From Candidatus Latescibacterota bacterium (GTDB lineage: Bacteria; Latescibacterota; UBA2968; GCA-2709665), in contig OZ220733.1 of NCBI GenBank assembly GCA_965116875.1, forward strand, positions 736,001-800,000: a DNA stretch of 64,000 bases, read 5' to 3'. Shown piece after piece: positions 1 to 9,425 of the stretch. Within the stretch, counting starts at the first letter, position 1, and every line of letters starts with the position of its first letter. The notes beneath the pieces were generated by a model that was given only the letters and a program-made list of their open reading frames with translations, had not been told where the DNA came from and made no database searches. The position numbers and the translations under genes were made by a program.

Positions 1-54
1 CATTTCAGCCCGTTTCGAATGGTTTCGTCGCGGTGTCGCGTCGCGGTTATTGGG

Positions 55-76
55 GAATTGAAGTTAACTTCAATTC
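55..76. promoter_or_regulatory. perfect 22-bp palindrome, possible operator
   Basis: GAATTGAAGTT|AACTTCAATTC, AT-rich with no loop; about 50 bp upstream of a minus-strand ATG at 3..1. Confidence 0.4.
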
Positions 77-336
77 GAAAAAAGACAGCCGACAAATTTA
101 CCACAAAAGGCACAAAAGGGATCAGTGCGAAAGCGGGGTATCGAGGTCGTTCAAATGAATGAAATTTCCGCTCACGTCCAGTGAACTCACGTGTCCGGCA
201 CTTTTACGTCAATTCGCCTTTGTTCTTCAGCATATGTTCGACATTCAAGTCCCAGAATAATTGCGTATCAAGATTTGATGCCTAACGGTATGGCCGGTCT
301 GCTGGCATCTGTTCAGACCGAAGATGCCCACAGGGC

Positions 337-513
337 TCAGTCGGTATCGTATCTGGCTTTCAACCTTCGGATCCATTCCTCAGTCTCGGCCCAATGGGCA
401 AGCTGCTCAGGGGTGGGGACAGGCAGGCCGGCCTTTTCATAATCGGCCGGCGAGTAGGGTGTGCCATCCGGATGCCAAACCTGCATACCGGCGGTGTCCT
501 GGCGATTGCGCAT
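337..513 (-). CDS. small hypothetical protein, 58 aa (not in ORF track)
   Basis: Hand translation MRNRQDTAGMQVWHPDGTPYSPADYEKAGLPVPTPEQLAHWAETEEWIRRLKARYDTD*; AAGGAG RBS upstream; GGCATCT..AGATGCC hairpin at 304-328 downstream. Confidence 0.55.
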   Translation of the reverse strand: MRNRQDTAGMQVWHPDGTPYSPADYEKAGLPVPTPEQLAHWAETEEWIRRLKARYDTD

Positions 514-850
514 CGTTGTTTCACTCCTTTCTCTTATGGAAGATTCCCAGCTGGCTCTTCGACGTCGCTCCGGGACCAGCCCCTCAATCGACGTCAGTCT
601 TCACTTCGATGATGAGTCGGCAGTGGTCGCTTGGCCCCCATTCGTGGACTTCGTTCATCGCCCGCACCGAAACGCTCTTGTGGAAGCCGCGCGACGCGAA
701 TGCGTAGTCCAATTGGCGGGCGCGTTCGTTTCCAAAAAAAAAGCATCCCCGCCCGACGGACAGGGATTTGCGTCTTCTTCAACGGGTCGGCATTAATTGC
801 GCTATTGAAATTCAGACCCGTAGACAACCATTGACGTGGCGCCTACCAGA

Positions 851-1429
851 TTATGACATGCTAATTTTCTCATCGGAACCCTGCCTTAGATAGTTGTACC
901 CACGAAGATTGGCGGTCTTCTTGACGATTTTTTCGATTATCGATAGACGGGTCGACCTGGATGGTAAATGAAGTCCAAGTTCCCCTCCGATCTGTTTCAG
1001 CATTGAAACATTGTACTTCTGCCTATCCGCCAACTCACGCTCTACATCGCGAGAGGGCAAACCCTTCAATTCCTCCGCTATTGCAATTGCTTGCTCGCGT
1101 ATCTGTGCAGTATCAGAGTTGCGCCGAGACTTCCTGGTTGCCTTAATTTCCGACGAAAGACCGAGAACATTAGAAAGCAATGGGTCGGACTCAGCCACGC
1201 GAACACAATCACGAATTGCCTCTATCGTTGACGTGACACCCTGTACGTCCTCCCCCGCAGGAAGCGACCTCAACCTGATCCTGAAATCTTGAAGAAACTT
1301 AATCAACGCATCCAATTCGCGATCAAGGCGCAGTTTAGTTTCGTCAGCAGGCAACGCATCAACCAGCTCGGACAGCTTGCTGAGGAAGCTGTCCAATTTC
1401 CTTCCCGTCAACTTTACTGAATCGCTCAT
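851..1429 (-). CDS. hypothetical helical protein, ParA partner; possible C-terminal HEH/Rho-N-like module
   Basis: 192 aa ORF 2 nt after the ParA stop; C-terminal YNVSMLKQIGGELGLHLPSRSTRLSIIEKI resembles the helix-extension-helix pattern. Confidence 0.7.
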   Translation of the reverse strand: MSDSVKLTGRKLDSFLSKLSELVDALPADETKLRLDRELDALIKFLQDFRIRLRSLPAGEDVQGVTSTIEAIRDCVRVAESDPLLSNVLGLSSEIKATRKSRRNSDTAQIREQAIAIAEELKGLPSRDVERELADRQKYNVSMLKQIGGELGLHLPSRSTRLSIIEKIVKKTANLRGYNYLRQGSDEKISMS

Positions 1430-1431
1430 TT

Positions 1432-2370
1432 TCAGAACATCTCCATTAGTTCGTCGACGATTCTTGGATACTCCTGCTTGTTCGAAGCACGTCTGGCATT
1501 GTCAGAATCATGCAGCCAAATTGGAAGGCTGTTTTCGGCGGCTTCGGTATATCCGATCAATTCGGTTGTATGGGTTTTGAAGCATTTGGCGGCACCCAAT
1601 TGGGATCGGACCTCCTCCATCTTGCTAGCATGTGCGATTGTTTGCATTGCGCCGCCAATTCGTACCCGCACGAAAAGAACGGCACCCAACTTCGCAACCC
1701 TGTAGTTATCTGCCGGTCGGCCGGCCAAGACTGCAGCGGAGTTCACCAACTCGCCGATTTTGTTAACTTTTCCGATCAGGATGTTTAAACCAATAGTAGA
1801 AAGATGGTCTGGTATCGCAGTCACGATATAATAGTGACTCGCAACAAGCGCGTTCTGGGTCATCAGATAGAGGTTTGGCGGACAGTCAATGAGAACGTAA
1901 TCGTAGTTGTCTCGGACTTCATCGATAGTTTTAACAAGAAAATCCCGTTCACGCAAGAATTGCCGTGCGTTCTTCCTCAACATCTCCATACTTGGATACG
2001 CGCCGGCGATTTGGCCACCGCCAATATCCTCGCCGATCAATTCTATATCGCACGGGACCAGATCAATCCTGGGGTACCGACGACCGTCCCGCAATCGAAT
2101 TGGGTTTTCCCACAGATATCTTTTCGCGTCGATAGGATTACCGTCCAAATATCTCTTATACATGGTTGCAATCGTACCGACTCTGTCTTTGCGCCTCTGC
2201 CAATCTTCGATAGAGGCACACAAAAACGTCAGGTTCGTTTGTGGATCAATATCGATCAGCAAGACTCGTTTGTCTTTTAATCCTGCCAACCAGCATCCAA
2301 CGTGATAGGCTGAAGTTGTCTTTGCAACACCACCTTTGTAATTGATAAATGCGAGGACTTTTGCTGCCAC
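1432..2370 (-). CDS. ParA/Soj-family ATPase (no parB nearby)
   Basis: Deviant Walker A KGGVAKTT, DIDPQTNLT, Walker B LIDCPPNL. Confidence 0.9.
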   Translation of the reverse strand: MAAKVLAFINYKGGVAKTTSAYHVGCWLAGLKDKRVLLIDIDPQTNLTFLCASIEDWQRRKDRVGTIATMYKRYLDGNPIDAKRYLWENPIRLRDGRRYPRIDLVPCDIELIGEDIGGGQIAGAYPSMEMLRKNARQFLRERDFLVKTIDEVRDNYDYVLIDCPPNLYLMTQNALVASHYYIVTAIPDHLSTIGLNILIGKVNKIGELVNSAAVLAGRPADNYRVAKLGAVLFVRVRIGGAMQTIAHASKMEEVRSQLGAAKCFKTHTTELIGYTEAAENSLPIWLHDSDNARRASNKQEYPRIVDELMEMF

Positions 2371-2720
2371 GATCTATATCCTTAACGTAGACAACCGCAC
2401 AATGTCAATCTCGGCGAAAATCACGATAGATGGTCGACGCTACGTGTTGGATTGCTGTGAAAGCTTGTCAAGGCACCCTTGCACGAAGGGCAGACCGTAG
2501 TAGAATAACGCTTTGGCCGCGATAAATCGCGAGGCCCAGGGTCAAGCGAGACGAGACCGTATCCCTTGGAAATCTCGATAAATGCACGAAACTCCAATCA
2601 CGATTGAAACCCAAGGATCTCTGTTGACAAACTTTACACGACTTTGGTCCAAATATATGTCATTTAATGGGCGAAAGGCAACCCCGTTTCTTTCATGTAC
2701 TTTGATTGACCGCTACCCAC

Positions 2721-2985
2721 TCAAGTGTCGAACAGTTCGCGCAGCCAGGCATTGGCCTTCGGAGTGCCGTCGATATCGAACACGAATTCCTGTCCGCGGC
2801 CAACTATGTTGACGTATACCCACGGGCCTCGGCGGCGCCAACGTTTCTCGTCACGCTCGAACCAGCGCACGTCGGACATTTCCTCATCGTCCATCCGTAT
2901 GGTGGTGGTTACAGCGTCCGCCATGCACCCGATCATGAGCGAACAGGGAAACGGCATGGCTGCGAGGAGTGGTTTCGAATGCGGT
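2721..2985 (-). pseudogene. chimeric remnant: NudC C-terminal fragment joined to an Nmad3-like C-terminus
   Basis: SQP(W)PFPCSLMIGCMA...EMSDVRWF matches the NudC SQPWPFP motif with a 1-nt loss in the Trp codon; followed by PWVYVNIVGRGQEFVFD, matching the end of 5849..6700. Confidence 0.7.
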
Positions 2986-3064
2986 TACGGAAGAAGCGTA
3001 ATGAAACGGAGGCGAGCCCGGTCGGTGCGGACAGCGATTCCCCAGCCTCCCCGGGAGTGGATGT

Positions 3065-3496
3065 CTACGCGCGCAACTTCCGCGATCCGAGCCAGACGCC
3101 CGCGACCCCGATCAGCGGGTTGAGCCAGAGGAACCATTCCTGGTGGCGGGCGCCAGCTGTCGCCTCCATCATCGACACGTCGTCGGGGCGCGGTCCCGCC
3201 GACATATCCACCGGCATCAGGGCCGTCACCACCCCGAGCACGAGTACGACGGCGATTAGAATCGTGGCGGCCCTGGCATCGTGCGCCACCCCGGCACAGA
3301 CTCGTCCGCCGATGTACGCGCCTATGAGCCCGAGCACGACCGAGCCGAGCGCCCAGCCGCCGGATACCTCCCACGAACCCGCCTGGAAGGCGCGCGAGGG
3401 CCCCAACGTCAGCCACAGAAGCGAGAAGAGTACGAAGAGCACGGCGGCCATGGCAATGTAGCCAACGACGGCGGCGAGAATGTTCCTGAGCATCAT
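3065..3496 (-). CDS. hypothetical membrane protein, about 4 TM
   Basis: Hydrophobic segments from MMLRNILAAVVG; GGAGG RBS; start moved downstream of the ORF-track start. Confidence 0.75.
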   Translation of the reverse strand: MMLRNILAAVVGYIAMAAVLFVLFSLLWLTLGPSRAFQAGSWEVSGGWALGSVVLGLIGAYIGGRVCAGVAHDARAATILIAVVLVLGVVTALMPVDMSAGPRPDDVSMMEATAGARHQEWFLWLNPLIGVAGVWLGSRKLRA

Positions 3497-3786
3497 GTTC
3501 CTCCCTGAAAATGAGCAGCGTTGTCCTGCGAGGTATGAACCTGAAGGGGGCGCGGACTTCCAACGAGACGTGAGCCTGACGACGAGGGCCGCAACGATCC
3601 TGGAGGCATGATCGCAATCGTCCCGCTGGCCAGGATCCGGACCGGAGATTACGGTCACCTGGTTTCGAAGCGGACGATTCGACGTGCTGCCTCTTTCCAT
3701 TGTTCCGAGTCGTACTCGATTAGCCGTAATCGCTTCTGGCGATCGGAGCGCTCCGCAGTTCTGCTGCAATGCCTGCGCCGCCGTCT

Positions 3787-4311
3787 TCAGCAGGCTGCCG
3801 AACCTGACCCGCGCCACGGCGTCAGACGCGGCCACCAGCGATTCACGTGCAGGCGATAGGTCTCGTACGACCCTGCGAATCTTCGACGAAGTTTCGGCTC
3901 CTCATACAGCCGCACGTTCAGGTGGAACGCGGCGAGCATCACCCCGGCGTACGCCAACAGCCGCGCCTGGCCAAAGAGCAGCGTCTGCCCTGAAATGATG
4001 ATCAGCACGGAGACGTACATCGGATTTCGCACGAACCGATAGAGGCCCGAAACGACCAGCACTTCGGTCTGCGCCAGCGGCGCCGGTGTGCCGCGCCCCT
4101 CAAGAGCGAAACGGGCGAAGCAGTCCAGCAGGCAGGCCAGGCCCGCCACGACCAACGCCACCCCTACCGCCCGCACGCCGGGCAGGCCGAGCAGCGGCGG
4201 CTGCATGTTCCAGCCGACCAGTGCGAACGGGATGACGCCGGCAACGACAGCCGGCGCGAGCCAGAAGAAGACGAACGACCCGACGATCGCTCGCGTCCGT
4301 GTGCCCTTCAC
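3787..4311 (-). CDS. isoprenylcysteine carboxyl methyltransferase (ICMT/PEMT) family protein
   Basis: GRGTPAP, GLYRFVRNPMY, EEPKLRRRF..Y..Y...V.RW motifs. Confidence 0.88.
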   Translation of the reverse strand: MKGTRTRAIVGSFVFFWLAPAVVAGVIPFALVGWNMQPPLLGLPGVRAVGVALVVAGLACLLDCFARFALEGRGTPAPLAQTEVLVVSGLYRFVRNPMYVSVLIIISGQTLLFGQARLLAYAGVMLAAFHLNVRLYEEPKLRRRFAGSYETYRLHVNRWWPRLTPWRGSGSAAC

Positions 4312-4373
4312 GTTTCAAACCTTGTTCTGATGGAAGCTGGTCAGTGGTAGAAACAGCGGTCAGTGACCAGGAT

Positions 4374-5705
4374 TCAATCGGCGTGATCCTGTAGCGTCTT
4401 GTCAATCATCTTCGAGAACACCTGCTGAAACTGCTCGCGGATTTTAGATCGAGCCAGGTTTTTCAGCGGAAAGCTCGGGCGACCGTAAGGCCGCTTGTCC
4501 AGATCCACACCATTTATCTGACATAGATCCGACCATAGCTCTTTGCGAGCATTCAACGTATCGAACGGGGCGGCCATGTACTGGAATTGGACGACCACAT
4601 TGCCGTCTGCCTTGATGCTGAAGGTCCACTGCAGCAGTCCCTTACCGTCTGTCAATGGCAATCGGTCGAGTTGGAACCAGATTTCCGGCGGATCGGTATT
4701 GCGCGTCGGCAATCGGTTGAAGTACGCGACCCTGCGGCCACTACCATTGAGTTCGACGTGTTTCCGGTGCGCCCACGCAATCAGTTCTTCCGCGATTCGA
4801 GCACACTCGGGACCCTTGCGGACTCCGAGTTCTCGGACGAATGAGTCCGGATCAACGACCCCGGTGCCCTGAAGCGGGGGGACTCGAAACTCAGCAATGA
4901 GCGGGGCGTGGTCACTCAGGGTGCCCATGACGTTGTGATCAACCCGAAGCCGCGTGCATCTGCGCGCAAGTTCCTCCGTGGCATACAGCCAATCCAATTG
5001 TGTTCCGGGGTTGTCGCCGAACGTCCGCACGTGGCGGCAGTCATCCGTACCGCATGGACAACCCGGCATGGGTTCCGGAAGTTTCTTTGCCGTAATAGCG
5101 AGATTGACGAGCCCGAGTGATTCAATTGCAGACAAGATGGCGCGGTATCGAGGCAGTTCAAGCGAGTCGGGACAGGATGAAGTTGTAATATTGAAATCAC
5201 CTCCCAGAATGACTCGCCTAGCGTCATCCGAGTCGAACAGCGGGATCAGGTCGGCGATAACGCGGAACATCCTTGTTTGGGCATAGCCGTCATCCATCGC
5301 GCCATACACGCTCACACATGTGATTGGGCCGATTTCAGGTAGGTGGACTCGAGCGACAATCGCAGAGCCGGGAAGGCTTCCCAGCATACTGAACCTCGTC
5401 GGCCCGTAGCGTGTGCCCACGGCATCGATTTCCTCTATCTCCAGTTTTTTATCGAACGCCACTACCGATGATCCCCAGGGCCGCCGGCCAGCGATTTCCC
5501 GGTGTACGAAGCGAGTGCGCGGGATGTCAGACGGAGCAACGCTTTCCTGAAGCAGCATAACGTCAGGCCCGCTCTCCTTTTGCAGGTAATTCCATGCGTC
5601 CTTGCGCTGATGCAGTGTCCGTTTCCAGTGGTCCATGTTCCAGGTGCCGATTGACAGGCATCGTTCAACTGGCGCCGGGTCGTTCTCTCGGTCGGCTGTG
5701 GTCAT
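4374..5705 (-). CDS. endonuclease/exonuclease/phosphatase (EEP) family protein with extra C-terminal domain
   Basis: TWN, DVMLLQE, GGDFN, LDWLY, SDHAPL catalytic motifs; about 160 aa C-terminal extension. Confidence 0.85.
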   Translation of the reverse strand: MTTADRENDPAPVERCLSIGTWNMDHWKRTLHQRKDAWNYLQKESGPDVMLLQESVAPSDIPRTRFVHREIAGRRPWGSSVVAFDKKLEIEEIDAVGTRYGPTRFSMLGSLPGSAIVARVHLPEIGPITCVSVYGAMDDGYAQTRMFRVIADLIPLFDSDDARRVILGGDFNITTSSCPDSLELPRYRAILSAIESLGLVNLAITAKKLPEPMPGCPCGTDDCRHVRTFGDNPGTQLDWLYATEELARRCTRLRVDHNVMGTLSDHAPLIAEFRVPPLQGTGVVDPDSFVRELGVRKGPECARIAEELIAWAHRKHVELNGSGRRVAYFNRLPTRNTDPPEIWFQLDRLPLTDGKGLLQWTFSIKADGNVVVQFQYMAAPFDTLNARKELWSDLCQINGVDLDKRPYGRPSFPLKNLARSKIREQFQQVFSKMIDKTLQDHAD

Positions 5706-5848
5706 TCAATTTCTCCGCTTCGGTTGAAGGGTTCTATCTTCAAGGGTCAGATAACGTCAACGGGGATCGTGCTCGAATGCCACGTGGTTCGTCGTCTTGT
5801 ACGCAAACTGGCGGATCCACCATACGCATTCAAGCTGACGGGCGACCT

Positions 5849-6700
5849 TTAAGAATCGAACAGGCTTCGCAGCCAGGCTTTGGCTTCCGGAATACCTTTG
5901 GCATCGAAAACAAACTCCTGTCCGCGGCCGACCGTGTTGACGTATACCCATGGTTTTCGGCGTTGCCAAAGGTTTTTTTCGAGGTGGTAGCTGAGCAATG
6001 GACTGCCAGCCTGGGGATAAAACCACGACGGCAGCCGCCATCTGCTGCGATTCGCAGACCGAGGCGCCGTCAAGGTGAGACGTTCTCCACTCCCACCAAA
6101 ATGGCCGGCGCCGTTTCTCGGGGTGAGCCCCATAATGTCGAGCGTCTCATTTGCAATGTAAACTGTGTTGTTGTCCCACCGTCGATTCAGATGTGGATGC
6201 TCAGCCAACCACGGACGTTCGGAACGGGCACGCGTCAGATTCCCGATGGGCACGATCTCCGAAACCTGGAGCCAACCGAATAACATGTGCACGTGAGGAG
6301 CGGCTGGGACGTACCGCCATGTCCCCACGTTGGTCGATTCCACGGCCCGAAACCAGCCAAAGAACAGAAACAGGTCGCCGGGCCCAACGGCTTGGTTTTC
6401 AAGATGGCGCTGAGCGATCTCTGCCTGCCCGAACGCTGGCCGCCAACCGGGCATGCGCGGACGGGCGTCGGCGTTTAGATCCGGATCCAGATGGCACCGC
6501 TGGCGTCGCTTCACTCGACCCTTGGTCAGGCACTCTACGATCTGTCCCAGAGACTCTCCACGCCACGTTACGTCACTGAATCGCGTCGGACTTCTGGGAT
6601 ACGGAATCGGCAGAGACAGAGCAGTGCCGTCCGGAAAAATGGGACTGGGTACCCCGCCGTTTACTGAGTCGAATCCCTTACGGCTGAAAACAACTTTCAT
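5849..6700 (-). CDS. Nmad3-like (nucleotide-modification-associated domain 3) protein
   Basis: MKVVFSRKGFDSVNGGVPSPIFPDGTALSLPIP, CHLDPDL, FGQ, GDLFLFFGWF, GRGQEFV; family recognised from recall; GGGGGA RBS before ATG 6700. Confidence 0.75.
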   Translation of the reverse strand: MKVVFSRKGFDSVNGGVPSPIFPDGTALSLPIPYPRSPTRFSDVTWRGESLGQIVECLTKGRVKRRQRCHLDPDLNADARPRMPGWRPAFGQAEIAQRHLENQAVGPGDLFLFFGWFRAVESTNVGTWRYVPAAPHVHMLFGWLQVSEIVPIGNLTRARSERPWLAEHPHLNRRWDNNTVYIANETLDIMGLTPRNGAGHFGGSGERLTLTAPRSANRSRWRLPSWFYPQAGSPLLSYHLEKNLWQRRKPWVYVNTVGRGQEFVFDAKGIPEAKAWLRSLFDS

Positions 6701-7127
6701 AGCCTGTCCCCCTTCGATCCTGTGCGGATATCTGAACTCGGGACAAATAGCGAAGTCGAAAAATCCACCACTGTCACGATCCCTGGTACGGCGTGGAACT
6801 CTGTCGGCATCCCTAACCTGGTTGATTCGTGAACCTGTTTTGGGTCGTGCCATTCAGTGGTGTTGTTCATCAGAGTGCAATATACGGATTTATGATAAAT
6901 TCTTAGTCCTTTTCGTTGAATTTCTGGTGAAAAATGTCGCATTTTGCGCCGGAGAGGCCGTATCTGTGCGAGTGTGGATAAAATCCAAAGCCGTTTATGG
7001 AGATGCGGTTCAAACAATCAACGGGAAGCCGATCTGCGGCGAAACTGGAGTCACGGATGCAACTCGATGAGAAACAACAGGTCGAATCGGGTAGCTACAC
7101 GAATAACAGTCGCGGTCAAACTGGTGC

Positions 7128-7153
7128 ACGGGCGACCGGCCGGTCGCCCCTAC
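7128..7153. repeat. REP-like palindrome GGGCGACCGGCCGGTCGCCCCTAC
   Basis: 20-bp palindrome plus CTAC (GTAG on the other strand); further copies at 8547-8570 and, degenerate, 13118-13140. Confidence 0.7.
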
Positions 7154-7184
7154 GGTCTCCGTGCTCAGACGGATCCTGATTCAT

Positions 7185-7612
7185 AAATCCCCTCGCCTCG
7201 ATCATATCCTCGGCGATCTCCTGTCTCAGCTCCTCTGGCGCCAGCACCTCACACTCCGGCCCTCAGCTTCGGATCCAGGGCTTCATCTCGAGCGTGTGCT
7301 TCAACCTCAGCCGCATCCGGCAACCTCCATCCGGCTCGTCCGTCACGTCCTCCACGCCCGGCCAGTCCGATTCCCGCACGCGGTACGCGACCCTGGCTGA
7401 AAACCGGAGTTCGACGTCCACAGCCTCGTCGCCACCCATGATGCCCCACGCGTGTTCGAGGAATTCGTACGGATCGAAACCATCCAGCGTCTCAAACGTC
7501 GTCTCCAGCAACGTCGCCCGTTCAATACGCTCCGCCTTGAATTCCCGAATATCCCGCCGCAGATGGTCGTATCCGATAACGTAGCAGGCGTATCCCACCG
7601 GCGACGGCTCGG
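7185..7612 (-). pseudogene. WYL/WCX-domain regulator remnant (5' truncated, internal nonsense codon)
   Basis: YVIGYDHLRRDIREFKAERI..., then PWIRS*GPECEVLAPEELRQEIAE in the same frame; TGA at 7263-7265 where Trp is expected; no N-terminal HTH. Confidence 0.8.
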
Positions 7613-7620
7613 CTTCTGCG

Positions 7621-7641
7621 ACTCCCCCTCAAGGGGGGAGT
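7621..7641. repeat. GC-rich palindrome ACTCCCCCTCAAGGGGGGAGT at the WYL truncation point
   Basis: Inverted repeat immediately upstream of the WYL fragment. Confidence 0.5.
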
Positions 7642-7791
7642 GATTGCACCTGCGATCCTGCTCGTGCGTTCATTTCCACGGTTTGGTTTCGGTTGAACTG
7701 CGCGAATCCGCGCCCGGTGGCAGAATAAAGCCTGCCAATGGGAAATACTGGCAGGCGAGTTGTTGACGCTATCATCGGAAAGGCGTTTTTA

Positions 7792-8091
7792 CTATTTGAC
7801 GCCTATTTTTGCCTCATTTGCGGCAATTCGCTCGCCGAAGGAATCCAATCGTGAATCAATCGCATCAAACTCGTTTTCCACTTTTTCTTCCAATTTCGCG
7901 ATTCTTTGAGTCAGTCGATGTTCCAATCTATCTATTCGTTGATTGATTCCGGACGAGAAACTCCATAGAGATCCCCATAGAACCAGCAGAAAAATGGCAA
8001 ATCGAAGATTGTCTTCATTGAGGATTTTACCGTATTGACGCGAGATTGAAGGAGTTGTTTCAGATCGAGCCGTCACGAAGTTTCTCCGCAC
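7792..8091 (-). CDS. small hypothetical protein, single TM plus coiled coil
   Basis: FAIFLLVLWGSLWSF followed by heptad-like RIDRLEHRLTQRIAKLEEKV; lower GC than flanks. Confidence 0.6.
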   Translation of the reverse strand: MRRNFVTARSETTPSISRQYGKILNEDNLRFAIFLLVLWGSLWSFSSGINQRIDRLEHRLTQRIAKLEEKVENEFDAIDSRLDSFGERIAANEAKIGVK

Positions 8092-8453
8092 GCTTTCAAC
8101 AGAACCGCCGGCAGCCTTTTTAATTGTTCATTGCGGGGATCGACCTCGAATCCGCCGGACTCCAATGCGGTCACGCCAAGTAGCGGTTCGGCGCGTTCGT
8201 CCCCGTAGACGAGGGTCCCACCAACGACTTCTCCTTCGAACTCCAGTTCGGCAATCGTTATGTCCATGGCAACGGGCTTTCCATCTGCAAGTACATACTC
8301 CCGGCGGCCCCTTGGCGTGAGTCCAATAGCATCGAGGTGTGTTCTCGGTACCAGCGAGTCGAAAGCGCCTGTATCGACAAGGAACTTTCCGGTCCAACTG
8401 CGTTCCGGATCCGCGGGGTTGCGGATGGTTACGTCCACGTATGTCGCACCCAT
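8073..8453 (-). CDS. clan AA (retropepsin-like) aspartic protease
   Basis: FLVDTGA and PLLGVTALE motifs; GGAGA RBS. Confidence 0.85.
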   Translation of the reverse strand: MGATYVDVTIRNPADPERSWTGKFLVDTGAFDSLVPRTHLDAIGLTPRGRREYVLADGKPVAMDITIAELEFEGEVVGGTLVYGDERAEPLLGVTALESGGFEVDPRNEQLKRLPAVLLKACGETS

Positions 8454-8546
8454 TGGTCGTTCTCCATGTGTGAGCAAGTTCTACCGTGGAATTCCTTTAA
8501 CCATAGCTAATTTCTGCGACAGATGCAAGACGCGATGATATTTCAA

Positions 8547-8570
8547 GGACGACCGGCCGGTCGCCCCTAC
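8547..8570. repeat. REP-like palindrome copy
   Basis: GGACGACCGGCCGGTCGCCCCTAC, one mismatch to the 7130 copy. Confidence 0.7.
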
Positions 8571-8664
8571 ACGCCTGTGGCGCCTGTCCGATAGATTGTG
8601 CGGTTTCCACAGGACCCGGCGTCTGTCCGGACACAGGACCCCGAAGTTTCGGCCTGACTTACGT

Positions 8665-8689
8665 GGGCAGACAGGAATGTCCGCCCCAC
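8665..8689. repeat. REP-like hairpin GGGCAGACAGGAATGTCCGCCCCAC
   Basis: Imperfect inverted repeat downstream of the YbjQ-family gene. Confidence 0.5.
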
Positions 8690-8744
8690 CCTCACACAGG
8701 CTTCCTCATCGGCGGCGCCCGCCGTTGCGCGGGCCTCCCGATCG

Positions 8745-9062
8745 TCAGGCGATCAGCACGGCCGTGCCGCTGACCGAGACCATGAGCATGCTCCCGTCCC
8801 CGACGACCTCGTAGTCCAGGTCGATGCCCACGACGGCGTTCGCTCCCTCCTGCAGGGCGGCTTCTTCCATTTCCGATAATGCAATTTCCCGGGCCTGCTT
8901 CAGTTCCTTCTCATACGCCGCCGACCGGCCGCCCACGATGTCGCGAATGCCGGCAAAGAAGTCCTTGAAGATATTCGCGCCCAGGATGGCCTCGCCGGTG
9001 ACGATGCCTTTGTACTCGCGGATGGTCTTGCCTTCGATGCATGGCGTGGTGGTAACGATCAT
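8745..9062 (-). CDS. ybjQ: YbjQ/UPF0145 family (putative heavy-metal-binding) protein
   Basis: [43 protein letters not shown]; GGAGG RBS. Confidence 0.9.
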   Translation of the reverse strand: MIVTTTPCIEGKTIREYKGIVTGEAILGANIFKDFFAGIRDIVGGRSAAYEKELKQAREIALSEMEEAALQEGANAVVGIDLDYEVVGDGSMLMVSVSGTAVLIA

Positions 9063-9121
9063 CGGTGTGCCTCCCTGGTTATATTGGCCGTTAGCGGCCG
9101 TATCTCGCGCCGGCCGCTTTG

Positions 9122-9425
9122 ACGAATCATGGTCATTTGTAGCTGTTGTAGACGATCGCAAGCCAGCGTTCGGTGCTCATCCAGCCCTGGCCCCACGACT
9201 GCCATTTCTCCGGCACGCCGGCGGCCTGGATTTCCTCCAGCGTCTTTCCCGCCGCCAGGGACTCCTTGACGAGGTCCGCGCACGTTTCAAGCATCTCGAG
9301 CGCGGTCCTCAGGTCGTCCACCGCAGCGAGCGGCCCGTGACCGGGGATTATACGCGCATCCGGCGGGATTTGTTTCAGGAGAGACCGCACGGCCTCGATG
9401 TAACCCTGAACGTCCCCGCCGCCGC
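9122..9425. repeat. 304-bp direct repeat, copy of the MBL-hydrolase 3' end (partner 11951..12254)
   Basis: Ungapped match at offset 2829; about 14 mismatches by hand count. Confidence 0.92.

Noticed and set aside
594-827. 77-aa ORF with an A9 tract, possible phase-variable gene
   Set aside because: No recognisable motif or RBS, and no convincing frame on either side of the tract.
7263-7265. In-frame TGA at a Trp position in the WYL fragment, suggesting recoding
   Set aside because: TGA is the normal stop for conserved genes here (ybjQ, MBL) and the fragment is also 5' truncated; a nonsense mutation is simpler.
2985-9062. Run of small co-oriented genes as an integron cassette array
   Set aside because: No integrase and no recognisable attC sites between the genes.
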